A stretch of DNA of 27,107 bases from a bacterium (GTDB lineage: Bacteria > CALINM01): contig JBEQAF010000023.1 of the NCBI GenBank assembly GCA_041640455.1, forward strand, positions 1 through 27,107, read 5' to 3'. Made by a program: the position numbers and the translations under genes. The notes under the pieces are model-generated. The model saw only the letters and a program-made list of their open reading frames with translations, was not told where the DNA came from and searched no databases. Positions 18,699 through 26,700 of this stretch are shown here, one piece after another; the first letter of the stretch is position 1; each line of letters starts with the position of its first letter.

Positions 18699-18756
18699 AG
18701 AGGGTGGCATAGCCACCCCCAGAGTTTCTCAGACCCTTTCGGGTCAGCATCCCTCT
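18699..18756 (-). promoter_or_regulatory. Structured RNA segment: GNRA-capped hairpin plus a GC-rich terminator-like hairpin with an alternative pairing
   Basis: On the mRNA strand: GACCC-GAAA-GGGTC (18745-18732), then GGGGGTGGC-TAT-GCCACCCTC (18720-18700). AGAGGG (18756-18751) is complementary to CCCTCT (18704-18699). Confidence 0.55.
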
Positions 18757-18803
18757 TTGCAGTGAGTTACTGGTCTTAACATATATTTTGCTCTTGCTAC
18801 CAT
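18744..18803 (-). CDS. Unannotated 19-aa peptide MVARAKYMLRPVTHCKEGC
   Basis: ATG at 18803 preceded by AAGGAGGTGATC, with GGAGG 7 nt before the ATG. Begins 4 nt after the upstream stop and ends at TGA 18746-18744. Confidence 0.6.
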   Translation of the reverse strand: MVARAKYMLRPVTHCKEGC

Positions 18804-18807
18804 GTGA

Positions 18808-19032
18808 TCACCTCCTTTTTTCTTTTTTGTAACCTGTAATTCTAACCACCTGCTGAACGCCGCTCATCTGTTCTATTTCTTCTGAATTAAGCTCAAGCAC
18901 CTCTCCTATGACACCTATTATAACATGTTTTAATCCTGTTGACTGATGAAAATCAAAATTTTTTTCAATTAGATATTTTTTTATCTGCTCTATATCCTTT
19001 TCTGTGGCTGAGTCTTCCATAATGATCAGCAT
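18808..19032 (-). CDS. Stand-alone ferredoxin-like/ACT-like regulatory domain of type I-beta DAHP synthase
   Basis: MLIIMEDSATEKDIEQI...HQSTGLKHVIIGVIGE...MSGVQQVVRI matches the N-terminal domain of Thermotoga-type AroF. No catalytic barrel follows in any frame. Confidence 0.8.
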   Translation of the reverse strand: MLIIMEDSATEKDIEQIKKYLIEKNFDFHQSTGLKHVIIGVIGEVLELNSEEIEQMSGVQQVVRITGYKKEKRR

Positions 19033-19033
19033 C

Positions 19034-19321
19034 TTATCCCTCCTTAGCCTTAATTCTTTCTAAACTTCTTGCCTCGTCAATAATTCTTTCAAATAATCTT
19101 ATGACGGCATTCTTGTCTAAGGGACCCCTATTTTCAGAGATGAGTCTTTCGAGGATCTGTTTTTCACGGTCAGGATCATATACAGGAATTTTATAAAGTT
19201 TTTTTATCTCTCCTATTTTAAGTGCAATACTTGATCTATCATTCAGTAATCTGAGCAGATCACTATCTATCTGGTCAATTAGCTGTCTTAACCGATTAAT
19301 CTCATCCATGGGATCAGACAT
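19034..19321 (-). CDS. Monofunctional AroQ-class chorismate mutase
   Basis: LRQLIDQIDSDLLRLLNDR...IGEIKK...VYDPDREKQIL...LFERII. Confidence 0.9.
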   Translation of the reverse strand: MSDPMDEINRLRQLIDQIDSDLLRLLNDRSSIALKIGEIKKLYKIPVYDPDREKQILERLISENRGPLDKNAVIRLFERIIDEARSLERIKAKEG

Positions 19322-20937
19322 TACAGGTATCCTCCAGGTTTTCTGTAAATAATAGTATCTTTTTTATACTGATCATCCAGAGCGGGATAGTCAAGATTAT
19401 AGTGAAGCCCTCTTGACTCCTTTCGCAACAGAGCCGATGAGATAATAAGATCGGCTACTGTAACTAAATTTCTTAGTTCTATAAGCGGTGGGATTAGCTT
19501 GAAGTTATGATAATACTCCCTTATCTCATCTCGCAGAAGATCAATTCTTCGTTTTGCTCTTTCAAGCCTTTTATCGGTTCTTACAATACCCACATAGTTC
19601 CACATGAGCCTTTTTATCTCATCCCAGTTGTGATATATAACAATCATCTCTTCTGGATCTATGGTGCCATAATACTTCCATTCAGATACAAGAGACATAT
19701 CTATATGGCTGACCAGATCAATATTTGCAATACACTTTGTGAATGCGTTATTGGCAAATACAACTGCTTCAAGCAAAGAGTTGCTCGCCAGTCTGTTTGC
19801 TCCGTGAAGCCCAGTGCAGGCTGTCTCTCCTATTGCAAATAGGTTTTTTAGAGAGCTCTCACCATACTTGTCTGTAAGAACTCCGCCACACATATAATGA
19901 GCAGAAGGCACAACAGGTATTAGATCTTTTGTAATATCAATCCCTTTTGATAGACAATAATTGTAGATCTGAGGAAATCGGTTAATAATAAAATCCGCTT
20001 TAAGATGTGTCAGATCCAGATAAACATATTTAATTCCCAGTCTTTTCATCTCTGAGTCTATGGCTCGTGCTACAATATCTCTGGGCGCCAGATCCTTAAG
20101 CGGATGATATTTTTCCATAAAAGCCGTTCCATCAGGTAGCCTGAGCACACCGCCTTCCCCCCGTATAGCTTCTGAGATAAGGAAGGATTGACTGCTGTTA
20201 ATCTCGTATAATGCAGTAGGATGAAACTGAAAAAACTCCATATTAGCAATCTTTGCACCAGCTCTATAAGCCATAGCCACGCCATCACCGGTAGCAATGG
20301 AAGGATTTGTGGTGTGAAGATATACCTGACCGCTACCGCCTGTGGCGAGAATGACAAACTTTGAGATAAATGTTTTTACCATTCCCGAGTCTTCATCAAG
20401 AACGTATGCACCGAAACATCTGTCTTCGGGCAGGGTCTTTTTTAAAAGCTTGGATTCTATAAGCAGGTCGATTGCCAGATGATTTTCGTAAATCTCAATA
20501 TTTTTATTATCTTTTATCTTTTCAAGGAGGGTTCGCTCAATCTCTCTACCTGTAAAATCACCGGCATGGAGTATTCTTCTTCTTGAATGCCCACCTTCTT
20601 TGCCGAGGGCATATCTGCTTTCCCGATCACTTGATTCTGTGAATCTGGTTCCAAGAGAAATAAGCTCACTGATCCGTTTGGGTGCCTCTTTAACAACAAG
20701 CTCTACAATATCCCTGTGGCATAGACCAGCGCCGGCATTAAGTGTGTCCTGTATGTGATATTCAAAGCTGTCATCTTTGTCCGAAACACAGGCAATACCG
20801 CCTTGAGCAAAGTTTGTATTGGACTGGCTTTTATCCTTTTTGGTGACAATAATTACTTTTCCTGACTGAGCGGCTTTAATGGCAAAAAAAAGCCCCGCAA
20901 TACCGCTTCCTATAACAAGAAAATCCGTCTTTATCAT
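19321..20937 (-). CDS. nadB: L-aspartate oxidase
   Basis: GSGIAGL, AQGGIA, EGGHSRRRILH, QFHPT, HYMCGG, GLHGANRLASNSLLE, ESRGLHY. Confidence 0.96.
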   Translation of the reverse strand: MIKTDFLVIGSGIAGLFFAIKAAQSGKVIIVTKKDKSQSNTNFAQGGIACVSDKDDSFEYHIQDTLNAGAGLCHRDIVELVVKEAPKRISELISLGTRFTESSDRESRYALGKEGGHSRRRILHAGDFTGREIERTLLEKIKDNKNIEIYENHLAIDLLIESKLLKKTLPEDRCFGAYVLDEDSGMVKTFISKFVILATGGSGQVYLHTTNPSIATGDGVAMAYRAGAKIANMEFFQFHPTALYEINSSQSFLISEAIRGEGGVLRLPDGTAFMEKYHPLKDLAPRDIVARAIDSEMKRLGIKYVYLDLTHLKADFIINRFPQIYNYCLSKGIDITKDLIPVVPSAHYMCGGVLTDKYGESSLKNLFAIGETACTGLHGANRLASNSLLEAVVFANNAFTKCIANIDLVSHIDMSLVSEWKYYGTIDPEEMIVIYHNWDEIKRLMWNYVGIVRTDKRLERAKRRIDLLRDEIREYYHNFKLIPPLIELRNLVTVADLIISSALLRKESRGLHYNLDYPALDDQYKKDTIIYRKPGGYL

Positions 20938-20944
20938 ACCTAAG

Positions 20945-20973
20945 ATTTTACAGCTTTTGTCTTAATTATACAA
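20945..20973 (-). promoter_or_regulatory. Sigma70-type promoter for nadB, probably leaderless
   Basis: Minus strand TTGTAT (20973-20968), 17 bp, TAAAAT (20950-20945). The ATG at 20937 lies 7 nt further on with no properly spaced SD. Confidence 0.45.
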
Positions 20974-21052
20974 TTGTCAAATAAAACATAAACTTCTGGT
21001 TAACAAAATTTATTTAATCTCCCAACAAAAGTAAGGAAATATTAATGATTTC

Positions 21053-21068
21053 TTGACAGTAATGTCAA
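21053..21068. promoter_or_regulatory. Inverted repeat TTGACA-GTAA-TGTCAA in the divergent intergenic region
   Basis: Read directly from the sequence. It supplies a consensus -35 on both strands. Confidence 0.5.
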
Positions 21069-21091
21069 TTTATGATAGATAATGTTAGATT

Positions 21092-21517
21092 ATGTATTTG
21101 TTTTTTAAAACAGTAGACTATTTTTTTTCTGTTTCTACGGGGATTATAAAACGGATTTTTGATTATCAGGTTGATGTTTTAAAAGACCAGTTTGTGATTT
21201 TTGAAGGATCTGAATACGAGCTTTTTTTTGCAAATCAGTTTATAAATGCCAAATATGATAAGGACTTTTGCCCAAAAAATATTCTGATGATACAGACTTT
21301 AGGCGGATATAGATATGGGCTTGCAATAGAGGATGTGTTTGGATTTTTCAGTCTAAATGATATAAAGCCGTTAAGTAAGGCTGATATTTTAAATAGATAT
21401 GGTTTTTTTTACATTGATTTTGCAACTCTTTTAGATAACAGGCTTATTTTTTCAATAAAAAATGAGTATTTTGACAAGAGATATGAGGAGCTGACTTGCC
21501 AGACGGAACCTATCTGA
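21092..21517 (+). CDS. Divergent CheW-like domain protein
   Basis: YLFFKTVDYFFSVSTGIIKRI and RYGLAIEDVFG follow the CheW beta-strand pattern. Confidence 0.55.
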   Translation: MYLFFKTVDYFFSVSTGIIKRIFDYQVDVLKDQFVIFEGSEYELFFANQFINAKYDKDFCPKNILMIQTLGGYRYGLAIEDVFGFFSLNDIKPLSKADILNRYGFFYIDFATLLDNRLIFSIKNEYFDKRYEELTCQTEPI

Positions 21518-21897
21518 GAGCAAAAATTGAGGATAAGATATATCTTTTTGATGAAAAAATTGTTTCCAAAGTTGTGCTGGCTGATACACTGAGAATATTC
21601 CCTTCACCATTCGGGCAAAATCTCCACTATCTATTTATATACGAGAACAATCTGGTACCACTTTTTTCACTAAATAAGGCTACTATTAAAAAAGATTCAA
21701 TAGTGTTAATATTAATCAGATTGCTTGATACAGCGGGAATATTAATAGACAATTTTATAGATTTTGTAAAAATAAATGATATGGATCTTGATAACTCTGT
21801 TATTGTGAATGAAAAGTTTTCCCAGAGAGCAATAAAGATTACTGATAAGGATTGTTATTTTTTTGATGAGATAGCCTTATTCAAGGGTGAGGAGTGA
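21496..21897 (+). CDS. Divergent CheW-like domain protein
   Basis: YLRAKIEDKIYLFDEKIVSKVV, IFPSPF, YENNLVPLFSL, AGILIDNFIDFVKI. Confidence 0.6.
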   Translation: MPDGTYLRAKIEDKIYLFDEKIVSKVVLADTLRIFPSPFGQNLHYLFIYENNLVPLFSLNKATIKKDSIVLILIRLLDTAGILIDNFIDFVKINDMDLDNSVIVNEKFSQRAIKITDKDCYFFDEIALFKGEE

Positions 21898-21899
21898 TT

Positions 21900-23078
21900 A
21901 TGAAAAAGATGCTTATAGTTGATGATAGCTTTACTGTCAGAAAGGTGCTGGAGATGCTTCTGATGCCTCTGGGATATAACATTACCTTTGCTGAAAACGC
22001 ATCAAAGGCAGTTGAGCTAACAGGAAGCAATGATTTTGACGGGGCAGTTCTGGATTTTGGACTACCTGATAAAGACGGAGCAGCTTTGTCAAAGGAACTG
22101 AAAAAAATTAAGCCATCCTTGCCCATCCTGATAATGTTTAACAGCAAAGAACTCACTGCAGATAAGATTCTATCTCAGGCACAGTGTGAAGATGTGATTG
22201 AGAAGCCCTTTGATTCCCATACATTTTTAGCCAAATTGGAGGGGTTAAAGTCTGCAAAAGTTCCAGAGCCAACAAGGGCAGCAGCGGCGGAAAAGCTGGA
22301 AGACCTATTTGATTTTGATTTTGGAGAAGAGTTTAAAATTGAGGAAACTAAACCTGAGATGGTTACAAAAAAAGAGGCTCCTGTAGAGAAAGGAGAAGAT
22401 GTTGTTGAACTGGAAGAGCTTGTTGATCTCGAAGAGCTTATGGAGCCAGAAGAGGAAGAGATTGAGGTTGAAGAGCTTAAGATGGAGGAAGAGGTTGAAT
22501 GGCCTAAGAAAGAATCTATGAGCGATACGGTAACTCTCGAAGACCTGTTAAGCGAAGAGATTGTTATTGAAGAAAAACCAGAAAAAAAAGAAAAGATAGA
22601 GCTGGAAGAGATAATTGAGGAAGAACCTTTCTTAGAAAAGGTTGAGGAGCAAAAAGAGACGAAAAAAACCGATGAGGCTTCCATTGATATAAATGAGTTC
22701 TTCTCAGATCTTAATGAGATTTTAAAGGAGAAGGAAGAGACAAAGGAAGAACGTATCATCTTTGAAGAAAAAAAAGTAAAACCCGTAGTTGAAGAGGTTG
22801 CAAAAGAACTCAAGGAGATGGAAAGCCTGACCGTTTCTGAAGATGAGCTTGATATATGGGATTTTGAGGTTGAGGAGGAGAAGGAAGAAAAATCAGAACC
22901 TTCAAAACCAGCTGTATCAGCTCATGAGCCGCCTATAGGTGAGACTTTGAGTTTCAACAAGAAAGAGATTGAACAGATGGTTAGAGAGATTACCTATGAG
23001 GTTGTTGAAAAAATAGCATGGGAAGTGGTACCGGAGATTGTGGATACCATTATTAAGGATAAGTTTTCAAAGAAGTAG
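21900..23078 (+). CDS. romR: RomR-like response regulator: receiver, Glu-rich linker, conserved C-terminal helix
   Basis: REC domain (LIVDDS...VLDFGLP...EKPF) and C-terminal EVVEKIAWEVVPEIVDTIIK characteristic of RomR homologs. Start at ATG 21900 after GAGGAG. Confidence 0.75.
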   Translation: MKKMLIVDDSFTVRKVLEMLLMPLGYNITFAENASKAVELTGSNDFDGAVLDFGLPDKDGAALSKELKKIKPSLPILIMFNSKELTADKILSQAQCEDVIEKPFDSHTFLAKLEGLKSAKVPEPTRAAAAEKLEDLFDFDFGEEFKIEETKPEMVTKKEAPVEKGEDVVELEELVDLEELMEPEEEEIEVEELKMEEEVEWPKKESMSDTVTLEDLLSEEIVIEEKPEKKEKIELEEIIEEEPFLEKVEEQKETKKTDEASIDINEFFSDLNEILKEKEETKEERIIFEEKKVKPVVEEVAKELKEMESLTVSEDELDIWDFEVEEEKEEKSEPSKPAVSAHEPPIGETLSFNKKEIEQMVREITYEVVEKIAWEVVPEIVDTIIKDKFSKK

Positions 23079-23097
23079 AAAATCTGCCGGAGGATAG

Positions 23098-25863
23098 ATG
23101 GAAGAGACTTTAGCTAAATCCTATGAGCCCAAGAGTGTAGAAGAAAAATGGTATAAATATTGGATTGATAGGGGTTATTTTGTTTCCCACTCCAATTCGG
23201 ATAAACCTCCTTTTTCTATGGTTATACCGCCCCCAAATGTTACAGGCTCCCTTCATATGGGACATGCATTAAATAACACCATTCAAGATATTCTTGCCAG
23301 ATATAAAAGAATGGATGGTTTTAATGTACTCTGGGTACCTGGCACAGACCACGCTGGTATTGCCACTCAGAACGTGGTTGAAAAGATGATAGCCAAAGAA
23401 GGGCTGAACAGGCATCATCTGGGCAGAAAAGCATTTATAGAAAGGGTATGGAAGTGGAAGGAAGAGTCAGGAAATACCATAATCAATCAGCTAAAAAGGT
23501 TGGGTTGTACCTGTGACTGGACTCATGAGAGATTTACTATGGATGAAGGGCTTTCAAGGGCTGTAAAAACCGTTTTTCTTACCCTTTTTAAGGAAAAACT
23601 TATAGAACGGGATAACAGGCTTATTAACTGGTGCCCAAGATGCGAAACTGCGCTATCTGATCTTGAGGTTGATTACGAAGAAAAGAATGGCTCTCTATAC
23701 TACATAAAGTATTTTTTTGCTCAAGATCCATCTAATTTTATAGTAGTAGCCACCACAAGACCTGAAACTATGCTTGGAGATACAGCTGTTGCGGTTAATC
23801 CAGAAGATAAAAGATATAAAGATATGATAGGCAATGAGCTTATCCTGCCACTGGTTAACAGAAAAATACCCATTATTGCCGATAATATGGTAGACAAGGA
23901 TTTTGGAACCGGTGCGGTTAAGATAACCCCAGCCCATGATTTTGCAGATGAGCAGACAGGGAAAAGACATAATCTGGCTTTCATCTCCGTTATTGACCGT
24001 AAAGGTAAAATCTGTGATCCTTCGCCCCAAAAATATATTGGTCTTGACAGGTTTGAAGCAAGAAAGCTGATTGTTGAAGATCTGAAAGAGCAGGGTTTTC
24101 TCCATAAAATAGAGAGTTATAAACACAGTGTGGGACACTGTTACAGGTGTAAATCCATTATTGAGCCCCTCCTCACCTTACAGTGGTTTGTGAGAATAAA
24201 GCCTCTGGCTGAGAAGGCAGTTGAAGCTGTTAGAAGCGGTAAGATTAAAATAATTCCCGAGCAGTGGGAAAACAACTATTTTAAATGGATGGAAAACATT
24301 CAGGACTGGTGCATATCCAGACAGATCTGGTGGGGACATCAGATACCCGTATTTTATTGTCCTGATTGTGACGGAGACAAGATTTTTATTACCATGAGGG
24401 AAAATCAAAAAGATACATCAAGACTGACAGGCACATATTATGATTTCAAAAAAGAAGGGCTTAGCTTTGAAAAAATTATTGAAGATATAGACTATTATCT
24501 TATTTTGTCAGGTGCAAAGCCCATTCCTGAAGGAGAAAACTGTCCAAGATGTAATAACAGCAATCTTATTCAGGATCCGGATGTTTTAGATACCTGGTTT
24601 AGTTCTGCATTGTGGCCCTTTTCAACACTCGGCTGGCCTGAAAAAACAAAGGATCTTGAGCTATTTTATCCTACCTCGGTGCTGGTTACTGGATTTGATA
24701 TTCTCTTTTTCTGGGTTGCAAGAATGATTATGATGGGGCTTAAATTTATGGGAGATGTTCCTTTCAGGGATGTTTATATTCATGCCCTTGTAAGAGATGC
24801 CAGCGGGCAGAAGATGAGTAAATCGAAAGGGAATGTTATAGATCCGCTTATTATTATGGACAAATACGGCACTGATGCTTTCAGATTTACCCTAACTGCC
24901 CTTGCCGCTCAGGGGAGAGATATAAAGCTCTCTGAAGATAGGATTGAGGGATATAGACATTTTGTAAATAAAATATGGAATGCATCAAGATTTGTACTGA
25001 TGAATATTAAAGACTATGTGCCTCAAGCAGAACATATGGATGAGAAAAATCTATCTCTTTTTGAGATATGGATCCTAAAAAAGCTTAATCAGACTATCCT
25101 TGAGGTTAGAGAGTCTTATGAGAGCTATAACTTTAATAATGCCGCCAGTGCGATCTATAAATTTTTATGGAATGACTACTGCGACTGGTATATTGAGATA
25201 TCTAAGCTAAGAATTGAAGATGATGCAGTTAAATATATCCTCTGGCATTGTCTGATAACTGCTTTAAAGCTGCTGCATCCCATAATGCCCTTTGTAACCG
25301 AAGAGATCTATTCAAAACTTCCCCAAACAACAGAAAGCATAGTAATATCTTCTTTCCCGGTGGCAGATGAAAAATTTATCAGTAAAAATATTGATGAGGT
25401 TGATCATTTCATTGACATAGTAAGATCCATAAGAAGTATTAAGAGCGAAATGAATATTCAGCCTGCATTAAAACCTAAAACCTCTCTTTTTATTGAAGAG
25501 CCCTCGAAGCTCTACATAAAAGATTTTGGTAAGTATGTGGAGGTGTTAGCAAGATGCGAGCTTGCTTTTTCAGATAAAAAACTGGAAAAAGTTAAAGGTG
25601 CCGCATATGCTTACGTTTCAGGGGTAGATATCTGGGTGAATCTTGAAGGGATGATAAACGTCAGTGACGAGATAAACAGGATTACCAAAGAGATTAAAAA
25701 AACAGAAAAAGACGTGGAGTTTCTTTCCAAAAGACTTTCAAACGAAGATTATCTGAGGAATGCTCCAGAAGCTGTGGTAGAGGATGATAAGATCAGACTG
25801 GAAAACTTTAGAGAGAAACTTAAAAAGCTTAATGATAACTTAAACTTTCTTAAGGAGCTCTGA
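23098..25863 (+). CDS. valS: Valine--tRNA ligase
   Basis: PPPNVTGSLHMGHA, DWCISRQIWWGH, DVLDTWFSS, KMSKS and a C-terminal coiled-coil arm. Confidence 0.98.
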   Translation: MEETLAKSYEPKSVEEKWYKYWIDRGYFVSHSNSDKPPFSMVIPPPNVTGSLHMGHALNNTIQDILARYKRMDGFNVLWVPGTDHAGIATQNVVEKMIAKEGLNRHHLGRKAFIERVWKWKEESGNTIINQLKRLGCTCDWTHERFTMDEGLSRAVKTVFLTLFKEKLIERDNRLINWCPRCETALSDLEVDYEEKNGSLYYIKYFFAQDPSNFIVVATTRPETMLGDTAVAVNPEDKRYKDMIGNELILPLVNRKIPIIADNMVDKDFGTGAVKITPAHDFADEQTGKRHNLAFISVIDRKGKICDPSPQKYIGLDRFEARKLIVEDLKEQGFLHKIESYKHSVGHCYRCKSIIEPLLTLQWFVRIKPLAEKAVEAVRSGKIKIIPEQWENNYFKWMENIQDWCISRQIWWGHQIPVFYCPDCDGDKIFITMRENQKDTSRLTGTYYDFKKEGLSFEKIIEDIDYYLILSGAKPIPEGENCPRCNNSNLIQDPDVLDTWFSSALWPFSTLGWPEKTKDLELFYPTSVLVTGFDILFFWVARMIMMGLKFMGDVPFRDVYIHALVRDASGQKMSKSKGNVIDPLIIMDKYGTDAFRFTLTALAAQGRDIKLSEDRIEGYRHFVNKIWNASRFVLMNIKDYVPQAEHMDEKNLSLFEIWILKKLNQTILEVRESYESYNFNNAASAIYKFLWNDYCDWYIEISKLRIEDDAVKYILWHCLITALKLLHPIMPFVTEEIYSKLPQTTESIVISSFPVADEKFISKNIDEVDHFIDIVRSIRSIKSEMNIQPALKPKTSLFIEEPSKLYIKDFGKYVEVLARCELAFSDKKLEKVKGAAYAYVSGVDIWVNLEGMINVSDEINRITKEIKKTEKDVEFLSKRLSNEDYLRNAPEAVVEDDKIRLENFREKLKKLNDNLNFLKEL

Positions 25864-25865
25864 GA

Positions 25866-26696
25866 TTGATTAACCTGGTTTATATGCAAAATCTTGTCAG
25901 AGAAGCCTTAAATGAGGACATAGGTTTTCTTGATATAACCCATCTGATAATAGATGAAAATCTTACTGGCATCGGTTATTTTCTCGCAAAAGAAGATTTT
26001 ATTCTTTGCGGAACCTCCATTGCGGAGATGGTTTTTAAAGAGCTGGATCAGACAATAGCCGTTACTTTTTCAAAAAAAGACGGTATGCCAGTTAAAAAAG
26101 GAGAGAGATTCGGGAAAGTTAAGGGATGTTTAAGAAATATTTTAACAGCCGAGCGGGTAGCATTAAATTTTTTGCAGAGGCTATCAGGAATTGCTACGGT
26201 TACTGAAAAAATATCTTCAAAGGCTCGCAGATACGGGATTAAGATACTTGATACAAGAAAAACAACTCCGCTTCTTCGAGCACTCGAAAAATATGCTGTA
26301 CGAATGGGAGGAGGGTTTAACCATCGGTTTTCATTGACCGATGGAGTGCTTATTAAGGATAATCACATAGCAATAATCGGCGTTAAGGAGTCTGTGAGAA
26401 GAGCAAAGCTTATCAGATCAGCCCTCGTAAAGATAGCAGTGGAGGTAAAAAATATTCAGGAGCTTAAAGAAGCCCTTGAAGCTGGTGCAGAGCATATTTT
26501 GCTTGACAATATGACACCTGAAGAGATAAAGGATGCCTTACTGTTCAAGAAAGAAGGCGTAAGCTTTGAGATATCTGGTGGAATTAACATAGAAAATATT
26601 GATAACTATCTGATAGAGGGGATAGATTATATATCTCTGGGTTTTATAACTCACTCGGCAAAATCAATTGATATAAGTCTTGAAATAGAGGTATAG
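25866..26696 (+). CDS. nadC: Nicotinate-nucleotide diphosphorylase (quinolinate phosphoribosyltransferase)
   Basis: ERVALNFLQRLSGIAT, DTRKTTP, NHRFSL, IKDNH, LLDNM, SGGI. Confidence 0.95.
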   Translation: MINLVYMQNLVREALNEDIGFLDITHLIIDENLTGIGYFLAKEDFILCGTSIAEMVFKELDQTIAVTFSKKDGMPVKKGERFGKVKGCLRNILTAERVALNFLQRLSGIATVTEKISSKARRYGIKILDTRKTTPLLRALEKYAVRMGGGFNHRFSLTDGVLIKDNHIAIIGVKESVRRAKLIRSALVKIAVEVKNIQELKEALEAGAEHILLDNMTPEEIKDALLFKKEGVSFEISGGINIENIDNYLIEGIDYISLGFITHSAKSIDISLEIEV

Positions 26697-26700
26697 TTTA

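Noticed and set aside
18721..18756. Resemblance to the 5' half of a TPP riboswitch (GGGATGC-hairpin-CTGAGAAA on the minus strand)
   Set aside because: The pyrophosphate-binding half (CCTGA...TAA...CGNAGG) is absent and no thiamine gene lies downstream. Partial likenesses to glycine and SAM-I riboswitches also lack their core motifs.
20938..21091. AT-rich intergenic region as a possible replication origin, given the DnaA-like gene nearby
   Set aside because: I saw no TTATCCACA-type DnaA boxes. The region is short and explained by divergent promoters.
22175..22813. 212-aa Ser-rich ORF on the minus strand
   Set aside because: Antisense shadow of the GAA/GAG-rich linker of the RomR-like gene.
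22380..22900. Repetitive GAA/GAG-rich DNA that could suggest a tandem repeat or array
   Set aside because: Low-complexity acidic coding sequence with no fixed-length repeat or spacer structure.
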